Shown piece by piece: positions 10,288 to 19,496 of a stretch of 64,000 bases of DNA (position 1 is the stretch's first letter; each line of letters opens with the position of its first letter). This DNA comes from a virus: IMG/VR virus record IMGVR_UViG_3300029286_002355, positions 64,001-128,000 of that record. One strand, written 5' to 3'. Made by a program: the position numbers and the translations under genes. The notes under the pieces were generated by a model. That model ran no database searches and was not told the DNA's origin. It saw only the letters and a program-made list of their open reading frames with translations.

Positions 10288-10995
10288 TCAATCTTCTCGC
10301 TCCAAAAGAATCTTCTCTTTTAGAATGAAATCAAATTTTTCGTTCAACTCCTTTTCATTCGAAGCACCAACAACTGTAGCCCCACGATCCTGAACCGCTT
10401 TGAACAAACCAGCATCAATATCAAAAGCTACAAAATGAATTCCGTTTTTAATTCCTTCTTTTGACAAACCATCCATGATAGCATCGGGAGATGGGCCGGC
10501 GTTTGATCCACCATCCGTAAGAACCATAATATGTTTGGCTGGAGCATTTTTTATAATCGCAAGTTGATCAGAAGCAAGCTTGATAGCATTTCCAAGGGGA
10601 GTACCACCATCGGGAGAAGGAACTTTCCACTTCTTAATAACTTCAGATGCTTTTTTGTTATTATTCGCAATCCCAAATCCCTCATAAAGGACTCTGCCAT
10701 GATTAAGCAGAACAAGGCCAAGACCAATAGCACGATTCTTAGACATAGAAAGATATTGATCTAATCTGTTCCCAATTGATTCCAGAGCCCGACGAGAAAT
10801 GGCATCCTTACTTTCGTCTACACCTTTGTCATTTTTAACCGATTGTGCCATACTGCCAGAACCATCCCAAACAATATAGATAGCAATATTGTCTGTCTCC
10901 ACAGGAAGATCTACGGTTTTAACAGGGGCGGGAACAGAACCCGAACAACCTGCCACCATAACCATTATTGCTGCCAACACTATTGATCTTTTCAT
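10288..10995 (-). CDS. vWA-domain lipoprotein
   Basis: Lipobox VAG-C17; MIDAS DGSGS, GGTPL, VLTDG. Confidence 0.88.
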   Translation of the reverse strand: MKRSIVLAAIMVMVAGCSGSVPAPVKTVDLPVETDNIAIYIVWDGSGSMAQSVKNDKGVDESKDAISRRALESIGNRLDQYLSMSKNRAIGLGLVLLNHGRVLYEGFGIANNNKKASEVIKKWKVPSPDGGTPLGNAIKLASDQLAIIKNAPAKHIMVLTDGGSNAGPSPDAIMDGLSKEGIKNGIHFVAFDIDAGLFKAVQDRGATVVGASNEKELNEKFDFILKEKILLERED

Positions 10996-11019
10996 TATTT
11001 CTCCTTTTCTATGTTTTTT

Positions 11020-12198
11020 CTACGAATCCAACGACTTACCGAAACATTCCCAATTAGTCACTCTAATTGCTTCTGGATCACCCATTACTTTTCCCTTATC
11101 ATCCGATGTTTTAACAACGGGGATTCCATTAATACTCCACAGTTTAATAACCATATTAAGAGCAGGAGAATTTGGAAAATCATTGGTAAAGAAGGTTCCA
11201 ATCCCAAACGAGCAATTAATTACATCCCTGCAATATCTTGAAATATCAACCGCTTTTCTGCAATCCAAGGCGTTACTAAAGATGATCGTTTTTGTCAAAG
11301 GATTAATCTTCATCTTTTTATAGTGCGCAACAATCTTGTCTGTAAACTCCATTTCGTTACCAGAATCGCATCGGACACCATCAAAAAGCTTAGCATAACG
11401 AAGATCGAAATCCTTAAGGAAGAGATCGGTTCCAAGTGTATCGGTAAGAGCAATACCCAAATTTCCGCCATAGACTTTAACCCAGTTTTCCATCCCGAAG
11501 AGGTTGCTATGACGAATTCCAAATAGGGCTTGCATGGCCTGATACCACTCATGGGCCTGAGTTCCTTTGGGAGTCATATTGTTTTGATACGATAGATAAA
11601 CATTGCTCGTACCAACAAACCGATTGAATGGCTTCATGTTTTCAACAACCATAGCCTGAGCCAAAAAGTCTTTACGTCTACGGGTTCCAAAATCTGTAGT
11701 GATGCAGTTCCAATCCTGAAGCTGATTCATTTTTTCTTTAGCCCTATCTGCTTCTCCAACTCTATTCCAATTAGTATCAATAATTTTGAAATAAAGTTCC
11801 GAAACGGTTGCCATCAGCTTAACTTCCCACAAAACCGTTTCGCACCAAGGGCCTTCGATATCAATAACTAAATTTTTCTCTTCATTGAGGGAAATCTTAA
11901 CCTGTTTAGGATTATAGCGGTAATTTCTGAGATAGTCAAAATACCAAGGCTTAAGATATGGGCAAGTCTTACGATACCATTCGATTTCGGATTCACTAAT
12001 GGCAAATAGCGGGAAAAAGGTGGAAACTTGATATTGCAATGCCTTAAGGAATTCTTCGTTGAATCTTTGTTTGCCCCTGTTGATAAAACGATAATGTGCA
12101 ATAGCATCGGGAAACAGTTCAAGAATTGCGGCTTGCATTGAAAACTTGTACTGATCGTCGTCAAGCATTGAACGGATTATTGTTTCATTTGTATTCAT
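11020..12198 (-). CDS. pncB: Nicotinate phosphoribosyltransferase
   Basis: DDDQYKFSMQ, DFGTRRR, GTSNV, GTQAHEW, LTDT, GVRCDSG, FGIGT. Confidence 0.93.
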   Translation of the reverse strand: MNTNETIIRSMLDDDQYKFSMQAAILELFPDAIAHYRFINRGKQRFNEEFLKALQYQVSTFFPLFAISESEIEWYRKTCPYLKPWYFDYLRNYRYNPKQVKISLNEEKNLVIDIEGPWCETVLWEVKLMATVSELYFKIIDTNWNRVGEADRAKEKMNQLQDWNCITTDFGTRRRKDFLAQAMVVENMKPFNRFVGTSNVYLSYQNNMTPKGTQAHEWYQAMQALFGIRHSNLFGMENWVKVYGGNLGIALTDTLGTDLFLKDFDLRYAKLFDGVRCDSGNEMEFTDKIVAHYKKMKINPLTKTIIFSNALDCRKAVDISRYCRDVINCSFGIGTFFTNDFPNSPALNMVIKLWSINGIPVVKTSDDKGKVMGDPEAIRVTNWECFGKSLDS

Positions 12199-12242
12199 TT
12201 TTTCTCCAATGCTAAATTACTTTTTCAATCTTTAATGCAGCC

Positions 12243-12270
12243 ATTGTAACAGATTAGCGGATAAAGTCAA
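12243..12270 (-). promoter_or_regulatory. Sigma70-type promoter TTGACT-16-TACAAT
   Basis: Upstream of pncB; near-identical copy at 29376..29403. Confidence 0.7.
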
Positions 12271-12288
12271 GAACTGTTTTCAACTATT

Positions 12289-12708
12289 TTATTTATTTTT
12301 TACCAACCTAAAATATAGCTTTTCTATTTTTTTAATAAAATCTTCCATAGAATTATCCCACTTTAGACAATTACACTGGAAACAACATGGTACTATATTG
12401 CCCTTAATATATCCCTTATTGCTATCCATTCTATCGATACCTTGATATTTGATTTCTTTTCTAAACTCTTTGCTTTCACCAAATAGAACAAAAGTATTAC
12501 TTGGACCATCCCCGCAATAATGACAATTTTTATACATAATTTCTCTTACATCTTTTTTGGATAATTGAAGGGGAAACCCTTTTGTCCTTGCCCTTTGTCT
12601 TAGCCCGTTAAACATTCTTTTAATTACCTTGCTGTCTGCGTAATCTTGGTCTTCGTATTTTTCTTGATAACGAACAACAGCCCGTTCAATCATGCCACAA
12701 CTTCTGCA
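12289..12708 (-). pseudogene. HNH homing endonuclease, C-terminal part (gene interrupted by IS)
   Basis: CHYCG, GIDRMDSNKGY, NIVPCCFQCN; in-frame CRSCG directly abuts the IS right end. Confidence 0.85.
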
Positions 12709-12713
12709 ATGAA

Positions 12714-13910
12714 CTACCCAGACACTAAAGATGTCTGGGTTTCTATAGGATAGTTCCTACCCTTTTGAAATCCCATATTGGTTAATGCAAAGTCTTTAAC
12801 GTTCTTGGAAGCATTAACGTCTCTATCATGCTCCGAACCACACTTCTTACATTTCCATACTCTTTCATCTAATGTGAGTTCGTGATAGACTTCTCCACAA
12901 ACATTACAAGTCTTGCTGGACGGTTCAAATCTTCCTATCTTTAGAAAATTCTTACCATACCAATCGGACTTGTACTGAAGCATTCGGGTTAAATTGAACC
13001 AACCTAAATCTCCTATAATTCTGTTTGTAGGTGCTTGATTTTGACTCTGCATGTTTTTAATAGATAAGTCTTCAATACAAATCGTCTCTACTTGGTTATC
13101 GTGAGTCAATTTGTGTGATAGTTTATCTAAGAAATCTTTCCTTTGTCTTGCTATTTTTGCGTGTAACTTACTTATTTGCTCCTTCTTTGATATATGTTTT
13201 GTTGAACCCTTTGTTAGTAACTCTAGTTCTTGCTGATGTTTTGCTAGTTTATCTTGAGATTGCCTGAAGTATTTTGGTGATTCGATTTTATCTCCGTTTG
13301 AAATCGTCAAGAACATTTTAACACCAAAGTCTATTCCAACGGTCGTACTTTCTTCAACCGCTGGCTTCTTAGGAAACTCTATATTTTGTTCTACCAATAT
13401 TGAGGCATAATACTTTCCGTCATTTCCTCTTGAAACAGTGCATTGTTTAATATTCCCTTCAAAAGCTCTATCAAATATGCACTTCAATCTATTATCCCTA
13501 TTCTTGGTTTTAATGAACTTCGGGAGGTAAAGACGATTGTTCTCAAAATCTGGTCTAATGGAGTTAGCTTCAGGACAACAGAACGATTGCTTGTTATTCT
13601 TTCTTGACTTAAATTTAGGGAATCCCATGTTAGAACGGAAGAAGTTGGTATATGCGTTGTCAAGATTTCTGATAGTTGCTTGTAACGATTGACTGCCTAT
13701 TTCGTCTAGCCATTCATGTTCTTTTTTTAGTTCTATAAGGCTATTAGCTAAATCTACCCATCCAATAGTTTTTTTAGTTTCCTTGTAGTGAGTAATCTTC
13801 TTTTGAAGGAAGTGATTATAGATGAATCGACAGGAGCCAAAGTGTTTTTCAAGCAAAACTCTTTGTCCTTTATTTGGATACAATCTATATTTGTAAGCTA
13901 GTAATTTCAT
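12714..13910 (-). CDS. tnpB: TnpB RNA-guided endonuclease
   Basis: AYKYRLYP HTH, RuvC-I VGIDFG, RuvC-II CIEDL, Zn finger CNVCG/CKKCG, RuvC-III DRDVNA. Confidence 0.95.
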   Translation of the reverse strand: MKLLAYKYRLYPNKGQRVLLEKHFGSCRFIYNHFLQKKITHYKETKKTIGWVDLANSLIELKKEHEWLDEIGSQSLQATIRNLDNAYTNFFRSNMGFPKFKSRKNNKQSFCCPEANSIRPDFENNRLYLPKFIKTKNRDNRLKCIFDRAFEGNIKQCTVSRGNDGKYYASILVEQNIEFPKKPAVEESTTVGIDFGVKMFLTISNGDKIESPKYFRQSQDKLAKHQQELELLTKGSTKHISKKEQISKLHAKIARQRKDFLDKLSHKLTHDNQVETICIEDLSIKNMQSQNQAPTNRIIGDLGWFNLTRMLQYKSDWYGKNFLKIGRFEPSSKTCNVCGEVYHELTLDERVWKCKKCGSEHDRDVNASKNVKDFALTNMGFQKGRNYPIETQTSLVSG

Positions 13911-13922
13911 ACTACTAATCTT

Positions 13923-13948
13923 CTTCTATAACTATTTAGTCTTTTCCT
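13923..13948 (-). promoter_or_regulatory. Sigma-H-like promoter AGGAAAA-12-ATAGAAG
   Basis: Upstream of tnpB; matches the recurring AGGAWWW-N11/12-NNNGAA motif. Confidence 0.55.
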
Positions 13949-14019
13949 CTAATTATTTTTGGATATTTTAGTCGCTTACATCCACGACACTAAAGATGTC
14001 GTGGTTTTACGCTCCCAGA

Positions 14020-14148
14020 ATAAACTTTCTTTTTGCCATTTTTTAATTTTCGACGCCAATACCCTCTTTCTATTTTACGAATTTTGTTACAACGATCACA
14101 TTTTACATATTTATATTCTCTACACTTTATTTTTTCTAAATTTTTCAT
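14020..14148 (-). pseudogene. HNH homing endonuclease, N-terminal 43 codons
   Basis: Hand translation MKNLEKIKCREYKYVKCDRCNKIRKIERGYWRRKLKNGKKKVY; joins CRSCGMIER across the IS. Confidence 0.8.
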
Positions 14149-14191
14149 TTTACCCTTTAAAATAGACAAGCTCCTAACAGCTATCTTTGAC

Positions 14192-14263
14192 GGCGGCTAA
14201 ACCATTTCAAGACAAGACCATTAAGAGCTTATCACTATATTTCTATTTTAAGGTTTAGCCGCC
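14192..14263. repeat. 12-bp GC-rich inverted repeat with 48-nt spacer in the HNH leader
   Basis: GGCGGCTAAACC (14192-14203) and GGTTTAGCCGCC (14252-14263). Confidence 0.7.
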
Positions 14264-14316
14264 TTTCATAACATTATACAAGAATTTAACAGAAAAACCT
14301 CTATTTCTATCCATCA

Positions 14317-16299
14317 TCATTTCTTCCCCTTATACTCTAAGTATTTTCCGTGATAATCTTCATAAATTACTTCTTCGGAAGATTGCGCCTCTCCAATTTC
14401 AAGACCGTTTTCCTTACAAAGGATTACGAAATCAGCAGGAGAAATACTGTCAAAAGTCAAAAGCTGGTCAACCGTAGCTTTTAAAATCTGACTATTCCTA
14501 GTTAAAATATCATTGGCATCACTTCTGCATTTTTTCATAATGGTTTCAATAAGATTGTTTGTCCCTTCCACATCATTATTCAATAACTCCATTTCTGTGG
14601 AAACCGTGGAATCATAATTGCTCATGGCCCACTTACGAATCATACTTCCTGCACGTTCAGTCGCATGCATTAAATCGGATTCGTTCCCATTGGTTACAGT
14701 ATCGCTACCAAAAATAATGCGTTCCGCTTCTGTCCCAGCAAGAAGAACCGTGATTTTCTTAAGAAGCATACTTTTGGAGTTACATGTGCTTAGCGTATAA
14801 ACAAAACCTTCGGCCTCATTAGAAGCAGGGGTAGCCATAATTTGACTGGGCGACATTTTAAAAAGATAAGCAAATGCTACGGCGTGTCCTCCTTCATGAA
14901 CCGCCGACATTGCCCTTCTGTTATTGTTTTGCCCACGTTCTTTCTTGAGCTTGTCTAGAGTCCCCATGTAGGGAGATTTGATAACAGCTTCACCAATTTC
15001 AACTTCTATTTTTTCAGTCTTATAACTAAGCTTCACCATGGTCTTTTCGTTTATAATTGCTTCCAAAAGAAAGTTCGGCAAAAGTGTTTCGAGAATTTCT
15101 GATATGGTTGAAAATACAGGCCGGGTTCCTTGAGTGGGGAAAACGCCATTGTCATAAATCAACTTATTAATTGATTTATCTACAACCAAATCAATTCCCG
15201 CCGTAGCCTTAACCCTCTCGATGATCCCTGCGATTTTTCTTTCAATAATCACTTCAAAAGAATTTTTGCTGAGAGAGGGGTAAATGATATGACAGTTTCC
15301 CATACGAGAAATTTGTTCGGGGCGAAACCTTTTTGATAACGCTGCTTTAATATCCAAAATGTTAATCTTTTTAGACATATTGTGTAGGATATCGGCATCT
15401 ACATCAACTTCTTTTGAATCCTTTGTAAATCCGTAAGCATCATCTAAGTTGCCAGAAATAAAGATGAGACATTTCGTGTAATCTTCTTCTTCATAAATAG
15501 ATTTACTGGCTAACCTTTCCATAATAATTTCTTTCTTCTTAGTATCTGTCCAAAGAGCTATTTCCTCAAGCGATTCATTAAGACGAAGTAAACTTTTGAA
15601 ATAATTAAGCTGGTAAAAATTGAATTTACCATCATCGTCATCCTTAAAATAGGGTTTGGTCTTTATATCTGGAGAATCAAAAAGATCACTGTCATCATCA
15701 TCGTCATCTGATAAATCTTGACCAGACACTCTGGAAGTTACCGGAACTCTTGCTATGACATCCTTTTTCTGATAATCCCATAACATATTCATAAGACTCT
15801 CCACTTCTACTTGAAACGGAAGCTTGCCATCACTTAGAAGAGTCCAAACGTCCTTGAACTTGTAATCGTGGATATCTTGTCCCTGTTCATCAATAGTTCT
15901 AAATCCCTGAACTTCGTCTAACAATATAATGGCCGGACTACCAGATTGGATATTCGTATTCTGTCTAAGAATAGCTGCAACACTAGGACTCCAAGGATAA
16001 GTTGAACATCCTTTGTTGGAAATAATAATCTCACAAAACTTGTCTGGAAATCCAAGAATTTTAACCAATCTACGAACCAAATCTGTCTTGCCCACTCCGG
16101 TTGGTCCAAAAAGACATACAATAGCAGGACGAGTAAGAAGCTCAGGAAGGCAATACCACGTTTCAATGTTCTTGATGATCTTATCAATAATATCATCCAG
16201 TCCAACAAAATGAGCCTTCAGTTCTATTGCTGCCTTATCTAGAGTTGCCTTACGTTCTTTAATTCTATCAGCCAATTTTTTGATATCAAGTTTATCCAT
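14317..16299 (-). CDS. Soluble Clp-type AAA+ ATPase fused to an FtsH-like (M41) metalloprotease domain
   Basis: FGPTGVGKT, ILLDEV, RFRPEQISR; C-terminal AVHEGGH, LLAGTEAE, NESDL. Confidence 0.8.
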   Translation of the reverse strand: MDKLDIKKLADRIKERKATLDKAAIELKAHFVGLDDIIDKIIKNIETWYCLPELLTRPAIVCLFGPTGVGKTDLVRRLVKILGFPDKFCEIIISNKGCSTYPWSPSVAAILRQNTNIQSGSPAIILLDEVQGFRTIDEQGQDIHDYKFKDVWTLLSDGKLPFQVEVESLMNMLWDYQKKDVIARVPVTSRVSGQDLSDDDDDDSDLFDSPDIKTKPYFKDDDDGKFNFYQLNYFKSLLRLNESLEEIALWTDTKKKEIIMERLASKSIYEEEDYTKCLIFISGNLDDAYGFTKDSKEVDVDADILHNMSKKINILDIKAALSKRFRPEQISRMGNCHIIYPSLSKNSFEVIIERKIAGIIERVKATAGIDLVVDKSINKLIYDNGVFPTQGTRPVFSTISEILETLLPNFLLEAIINEKTMVKLSYKTEKIEVEIGEAVIKSPYMGTLDKLKKERGQNNNRRAMSAVHEGGHAVAFAYLFKMSPSQIMATPASNEAEGFVYTLSTCNSKSMLLKKITVLLAGTEAERIIFGSDTVTNGNESDLMHATERAGSMIRKWAMSNYDSTVSTEMELLNNDVEGTNNLIETIMKKCRSDANDILTRNSQILKATVDQLLTFDSISPADFVILCKENGLEIGEAQSSEEVIYEDYHGKYLEYKGKK

Positions 16300-16310
16300 A
16301 TACTCCTTGT

Positions 16311-17156
16311 TTATCGTTCCAGTTTCTGAACGTAATAAAATCTGTAAAATGATCCATATTTAGTCCCGCTTCTACCCCTAAGAAACCCAGTAACTTCTGT
16401 GTATGTGTTACTATGTGGAAAATAAAAGTCACATTTGCATCTTCCTAAGCCATACATCTTATTATGTTCGAAGATTTTCCCTTCTGTCTTATATTTTAGA
16501 TACATATAAGCTTCTGCAACAGAATGGCAGAATGTTCCATCTTGAAGGACGATACCCTGAGAACAAAGGGGGCAAGAACTTGTTGTGTTCCTGTGGTATA
16601 TCTTTGCTTCGTATTCATGCCCGTTTGGACAGATCCACCAAACTTTATACTTGCTGTTGGGAAGAACGCCATATGGAGTTATGCCTTTATTTCTGGTTGG
16701 ATGCCATTCTTTTGTCAACTCTGGATTTTGAGTCGCCAGACAGTTATCTATACATGCCATATGATTTGAACAATACGGACATCCCCTAGTATTTTTGGTT
16801 CTGTTCCCGACAGAAGATTTCCACTGATGTCCCTTTGAGCATATCCATTTATATTTCTTGGAAGAAAACGGTAATACGTCATACGGACTACATTTATTTT
16901 CAAAAGACCACTCAAGTACTAGCTCTGGAAAAAGATTACCCAAACAATTTTCTAGGCTTACTATCTTATTTTCGCAATATGGACATCCATATCCACCATA
17001 TCTATTGTCTACTCTCGCCATCCAAGAATGACCACAACTGCATTTCCACCAAACCTTTTCTTTACTCCATACCGATATTTTAGATGGATCTAATTCATTT
17101 TTAGCATCATCCCAATCAATATATAACTTAGAATTCTTAACATATTCTCGTTTCAT
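16311..17156 (-). CDS. Zinc-ribbon-repeat putative homing endonuclease
   Basis: Three KVWWKC-GH-W-R-GCPYC repeats plus a C-terminal CDFYFP..EVTGF nuclease-like domain; paralog of 58795..60111; likely start 17156. Confidence 0.75.
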   Translation of the reverse strand: MKREYVKNSKLYIDWDDAKNELDPSKISVWSKEKVWWKCSCGHSWMARVDNRYGGYGCPYCENKIVSLENCLGNLFPELVLEWSFENKCSPYDVLPFSSKKYKWICSKGHQWKSSVGNRTKNTRGCPYCSNHMACIDNCLATQNPELTKEWHPTRNKGITPYGVLPNSKYKVWWICPNGHEYEAKIYHRNTTSSCPLCSQGIVLQDGTFCHSVAEAYMYLKYKTEGKIFEHNKMYGLGRCKCDFYFPHSNTYTEVTGFLRGRSGTKYGSFYRFYYVQKLER

Positions 17157-17273
17157 TTTCGCAGTCTCCAAAAAAGTAGGCCCAAACCAATCACGAGACT
17201 GCGAAATCAAGAAGTGACCAGAATGGACCTACAAATTTTTCCTATTATATAAGTTTCGCAGTCTTATATAATA
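17157..17273. repeat. Three AGACTGCGAAA copies plus a TATTATATAAG/CTTATATAATA palindrome
   Basis: Copies at 17157-17167 (-), 17196-17206 (+), 17254-17264 (-); palindrome arms 17243-17253 and 17263-17273. Confidence 0.75.
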
Positions 17274-17292
17274 TTTCTACGTAGAGACAGTT

Positions 17293-19311
17293 TCATCCTT
17301 CAATCAATTTCAGAAAATCTTCCTGAGTAATAATTGGGACATTTAGCTCAAGTGCTTTTTGGTATTTCCCTTTCATTGTCTCCCCATCAAAGACCAATGC
17401 CGTCAATTCTTTAGATACAGAAGCAAGTTTACCACCATTCTCTCCGACCATTCTTTCCATAGTATTTCTATCGGGCGAATCAAAGGAACCCGTGAAGCAG
17501 AACTTTTTCCCTGCCAATTTATTACTGGCCTGAGCAACCTTTTTAATGCTGACATACTTCAGAAGAAGCTTAATTTCTCCACGACGAGCTTTCCAAGAAG
17601 TAATGAAGCTGTTTGCCTTAGCTTGACCAAATCCGCTAATTTTCAAAAGATCGTCAACCGTCAATTTGTCAATATCATCAATGGAAGGAGCAATATCAGA
17701 AATGTCTTTTGCACTTGTCTGAATATTCTCAATTCCCAATGCCCGAATAAAAATAGGTAGCGAAACTTCCGTAACCGATTTAATACTTTCCAAAAGGTTA
17801 TCGTAAGTCTTCTGCCCCATTTGAGACTTAAGATATGCATACTTACGGAAAGGATGTTCTGTTGCCCTATCGTTATCAAGCATGTAATACATTTCAGCAA
17901 TATTGGAAACAATTTGCTTCTTGTCCCAAGCCATTTCCTCTTTATCGGTCAATTTTGAAATCGTCCCTGCCCCAAACCCCTTAACGCCAATTTCCTTGAA
18001 CCAATAATCAATCTTCTTGTTAAGCTGTGTCGAGCAATTGTAATTCTTGCAAACCAATTCAACCTTGTTATCATCCCAATCAATTGCCTCTCCGCAAGCA
18101 GGACATTTGGTGGGGATATCAATGGTCTTATTTCCCATCTTCTTTACTTTAACGATTTGGGGAATGATATCGCCCTTCTTCGCAATTAAAACGATACTGC
18201 CAATCTTAATTGCGTCTTTACCAACCAACGCCCCAAAATTATGAAGCGTAGCCCTTGTCATCATGGCTCCACCCAATTCAACGGGCTTCAGAATTCCAAC
18301 AGGCGTAAGCTTACCTGTTCTACCAACTCCAACTTCAACGCCAATCAATTCCGTCTCTTTTTGTTCGGGCGGAAATTTTACAGCACGATTTGATTTAGGC
18401 TTTCGTCCACCTGCAACAGAGCCCATTTTCTTTGCCTTTTTAATATCGTTTAACTTAACCACGATTCCGTCAATATCATAATGGAGCATATTTCTATCAA
18501 TCGCATCCATGTAATATTGAACAGCCTTGGCAATTTCAGCATATCCAATCCCAGTTTTGGTTCTTTTGGTTGATTTGATAAGAGTGGGAAAACCCAGCTT
18601 ATCCAAAAACTCATTCTTCTCAACTTCCGTATCAAAATCGTGTCGGCAAATTTCATAAGCAACAAATCGAAGCCCCTTCTTGCGGGTTTCTTCGGGGTCT
18701 TTTTCGTTCATGGCTCCCGCTGTAAAGTTTCTCGGATTCTTGTATTCTCCACCAACCGAAGTATGCCATTTCTTATAAAAGTCCTGTCGGTTCTTATGGC
18801 ACTCTCCACGAACTTCAATCTCGTCCTTAAAGGGGATCGTATGTTGAACCCCTTCTACCGTCTTGGCCTTTTCGGTAACATCAATACCTGTAATTCCATC
18901 CCCTCTCGTAAGAGCTTGAACTAATTTACCGCCCTTATAAAGAAGACCAAGAGAAAGACCATCCACCTTATGTTGAAGAACGAAAGAGGCATCCTTTAGA
19001 TCGGGATATTGAGATCGAAGCCATTGTTCAAACTGTTCAACCGAAAGCGACTTACTAAGAGACCCCATAGTAACCTGATGGGGAACATCTTGCCCCTGAA
19101 TGGCATCTACGGCAATACCACCTACTTCATTGAAAAAGTCATTGCCGGGTTCCAAAGCTTCGCATTCGTAATACTCCTGATCGTAGTCTTTGTCGGAAAT
19201 AGGCGAATCTCCATTGGACTCATAACGTTCGGCGCAATAACGCAAAAATCCGATACGATCACCAATTAGGGCCGACTTATCAACTTTCTTTTGCTTCGAG
19301 AAATCTTTCAT
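17293..19311 (-). CDS. ligA: NAD+-dependent DNA ligase
   Basis: QHKVDG (KxDG), EVRGE, DGIVVK, OB fold TRATLHN, C4 Zn finger, HhH, BRCT FCFTGS; likely start 19311 after GGAGA. Confidence 0.96.
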   Translation of the reverse strand: MKDFSKQKKVDKSALIGDRIGFLRYCAERYESNGDSPISDKDYDQEYYECEALEPGNDFFNEVGGIAVDAIQGQDVPHQVTMGSLSKSLSVEQFEQWLRSQYPDLKDASFVLQHKVDGLSLGLLYKGGKLVQALTRGDGITGIDVTEKAKTVEGVQHTIPFKDEIEVRGECHKNRQDFYKKWHTSVGGEYKNPRNFTAGAMNEKDPEETRKKGLRFVAYEICRHDFDTEVEKNEFLDKLGFPTLIKSTKRTKTGIGYAEIAKAVQYYMDAIDRNMLHYDIDGIVVKLNDIKKAKKMGSVAGGRKPKSNRAVKFPPEQKETELIGVEVGVGRTGKLTPVGILKPVELGGAMMTRATLHNFGALVGKDAIKIGSIVLIAKKGDIIPQIVKVKKMGNKTIDIPTKCPACGEAIDWDDNKVELVCKNYNCSTQLNKKIDYWFKEIGVKGFGAGTISKLTDKEEMAWDKKQIVSNIAEMYYMLDNDRATEHPFRKYAYLKSQMGQKTYDNLLESIKSVTEVSLPIFIRALGIENIQTSAKDISDIAPSIDDIDKLTVDDLLKISGFGQAKANSFITSWKARRGEIKLLLKYVSIKKVAQASNKLAGKKFCFTGSFDSPDRNTMERMVGENGGKLASVSKELTALVFDGETMKGKYQKALELNVPIITQEDFLKLIEG

Positions 19312-19404
19312 AGTATCTCCTTTTACTTGCTTAATTATACAATCTTTTCCCATCGTCAATGAAGATACTGTAACAGAAATGCAGACAAAAAGCAAGCATA
19401 AAAG

Positions 19405-19446
19405 ATAAAAAGATTATCTATAAAACCTTACAGATAATCTTTTTAT
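19405..19446. terminator. AT-rich 15-bp perfect hairpin, probable terminator
   Basis: ATAAAAAGATTATCT / AGATAATCTTTTTAT with 12-nt loop between genes. Confidence 0.55.
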
Positions 19447-19496
19447 ATCCAGCTATATATCAACTACTTACTGCTTAAATTAGATTTTGATGTTTT

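Larger units (their letters stand above)
12709..14019 (-). mobile_element. Non-autonomous IS200/IS605-family (IS1341-type) element carrying tnpB only
   Basis: Subterminal hairpins CCACGACA-TCTTTAG-TGTCGTGG (left) and CCCAGACA-TCTTTAG-TGTCTGGG (right); 5' flank TTTAT; right end ...GGGTAGTTCAT; flanks rejoin in frame. Confidence 0.85.

Noticed and set aside
12709-14019. IStron (group I intron plus TnpB) that would splice and restore the HNH gene
   Set aside because: Only ~110 nt lie between the left end and the tnpB ATG, too short for a group I intron core
13959-14165. Plus-strand 68 aa ORF from the track
   Set aside because: Antisense shadow of the HNH N-terminal fragment and IS left end; hydrophobic low-complexity translation
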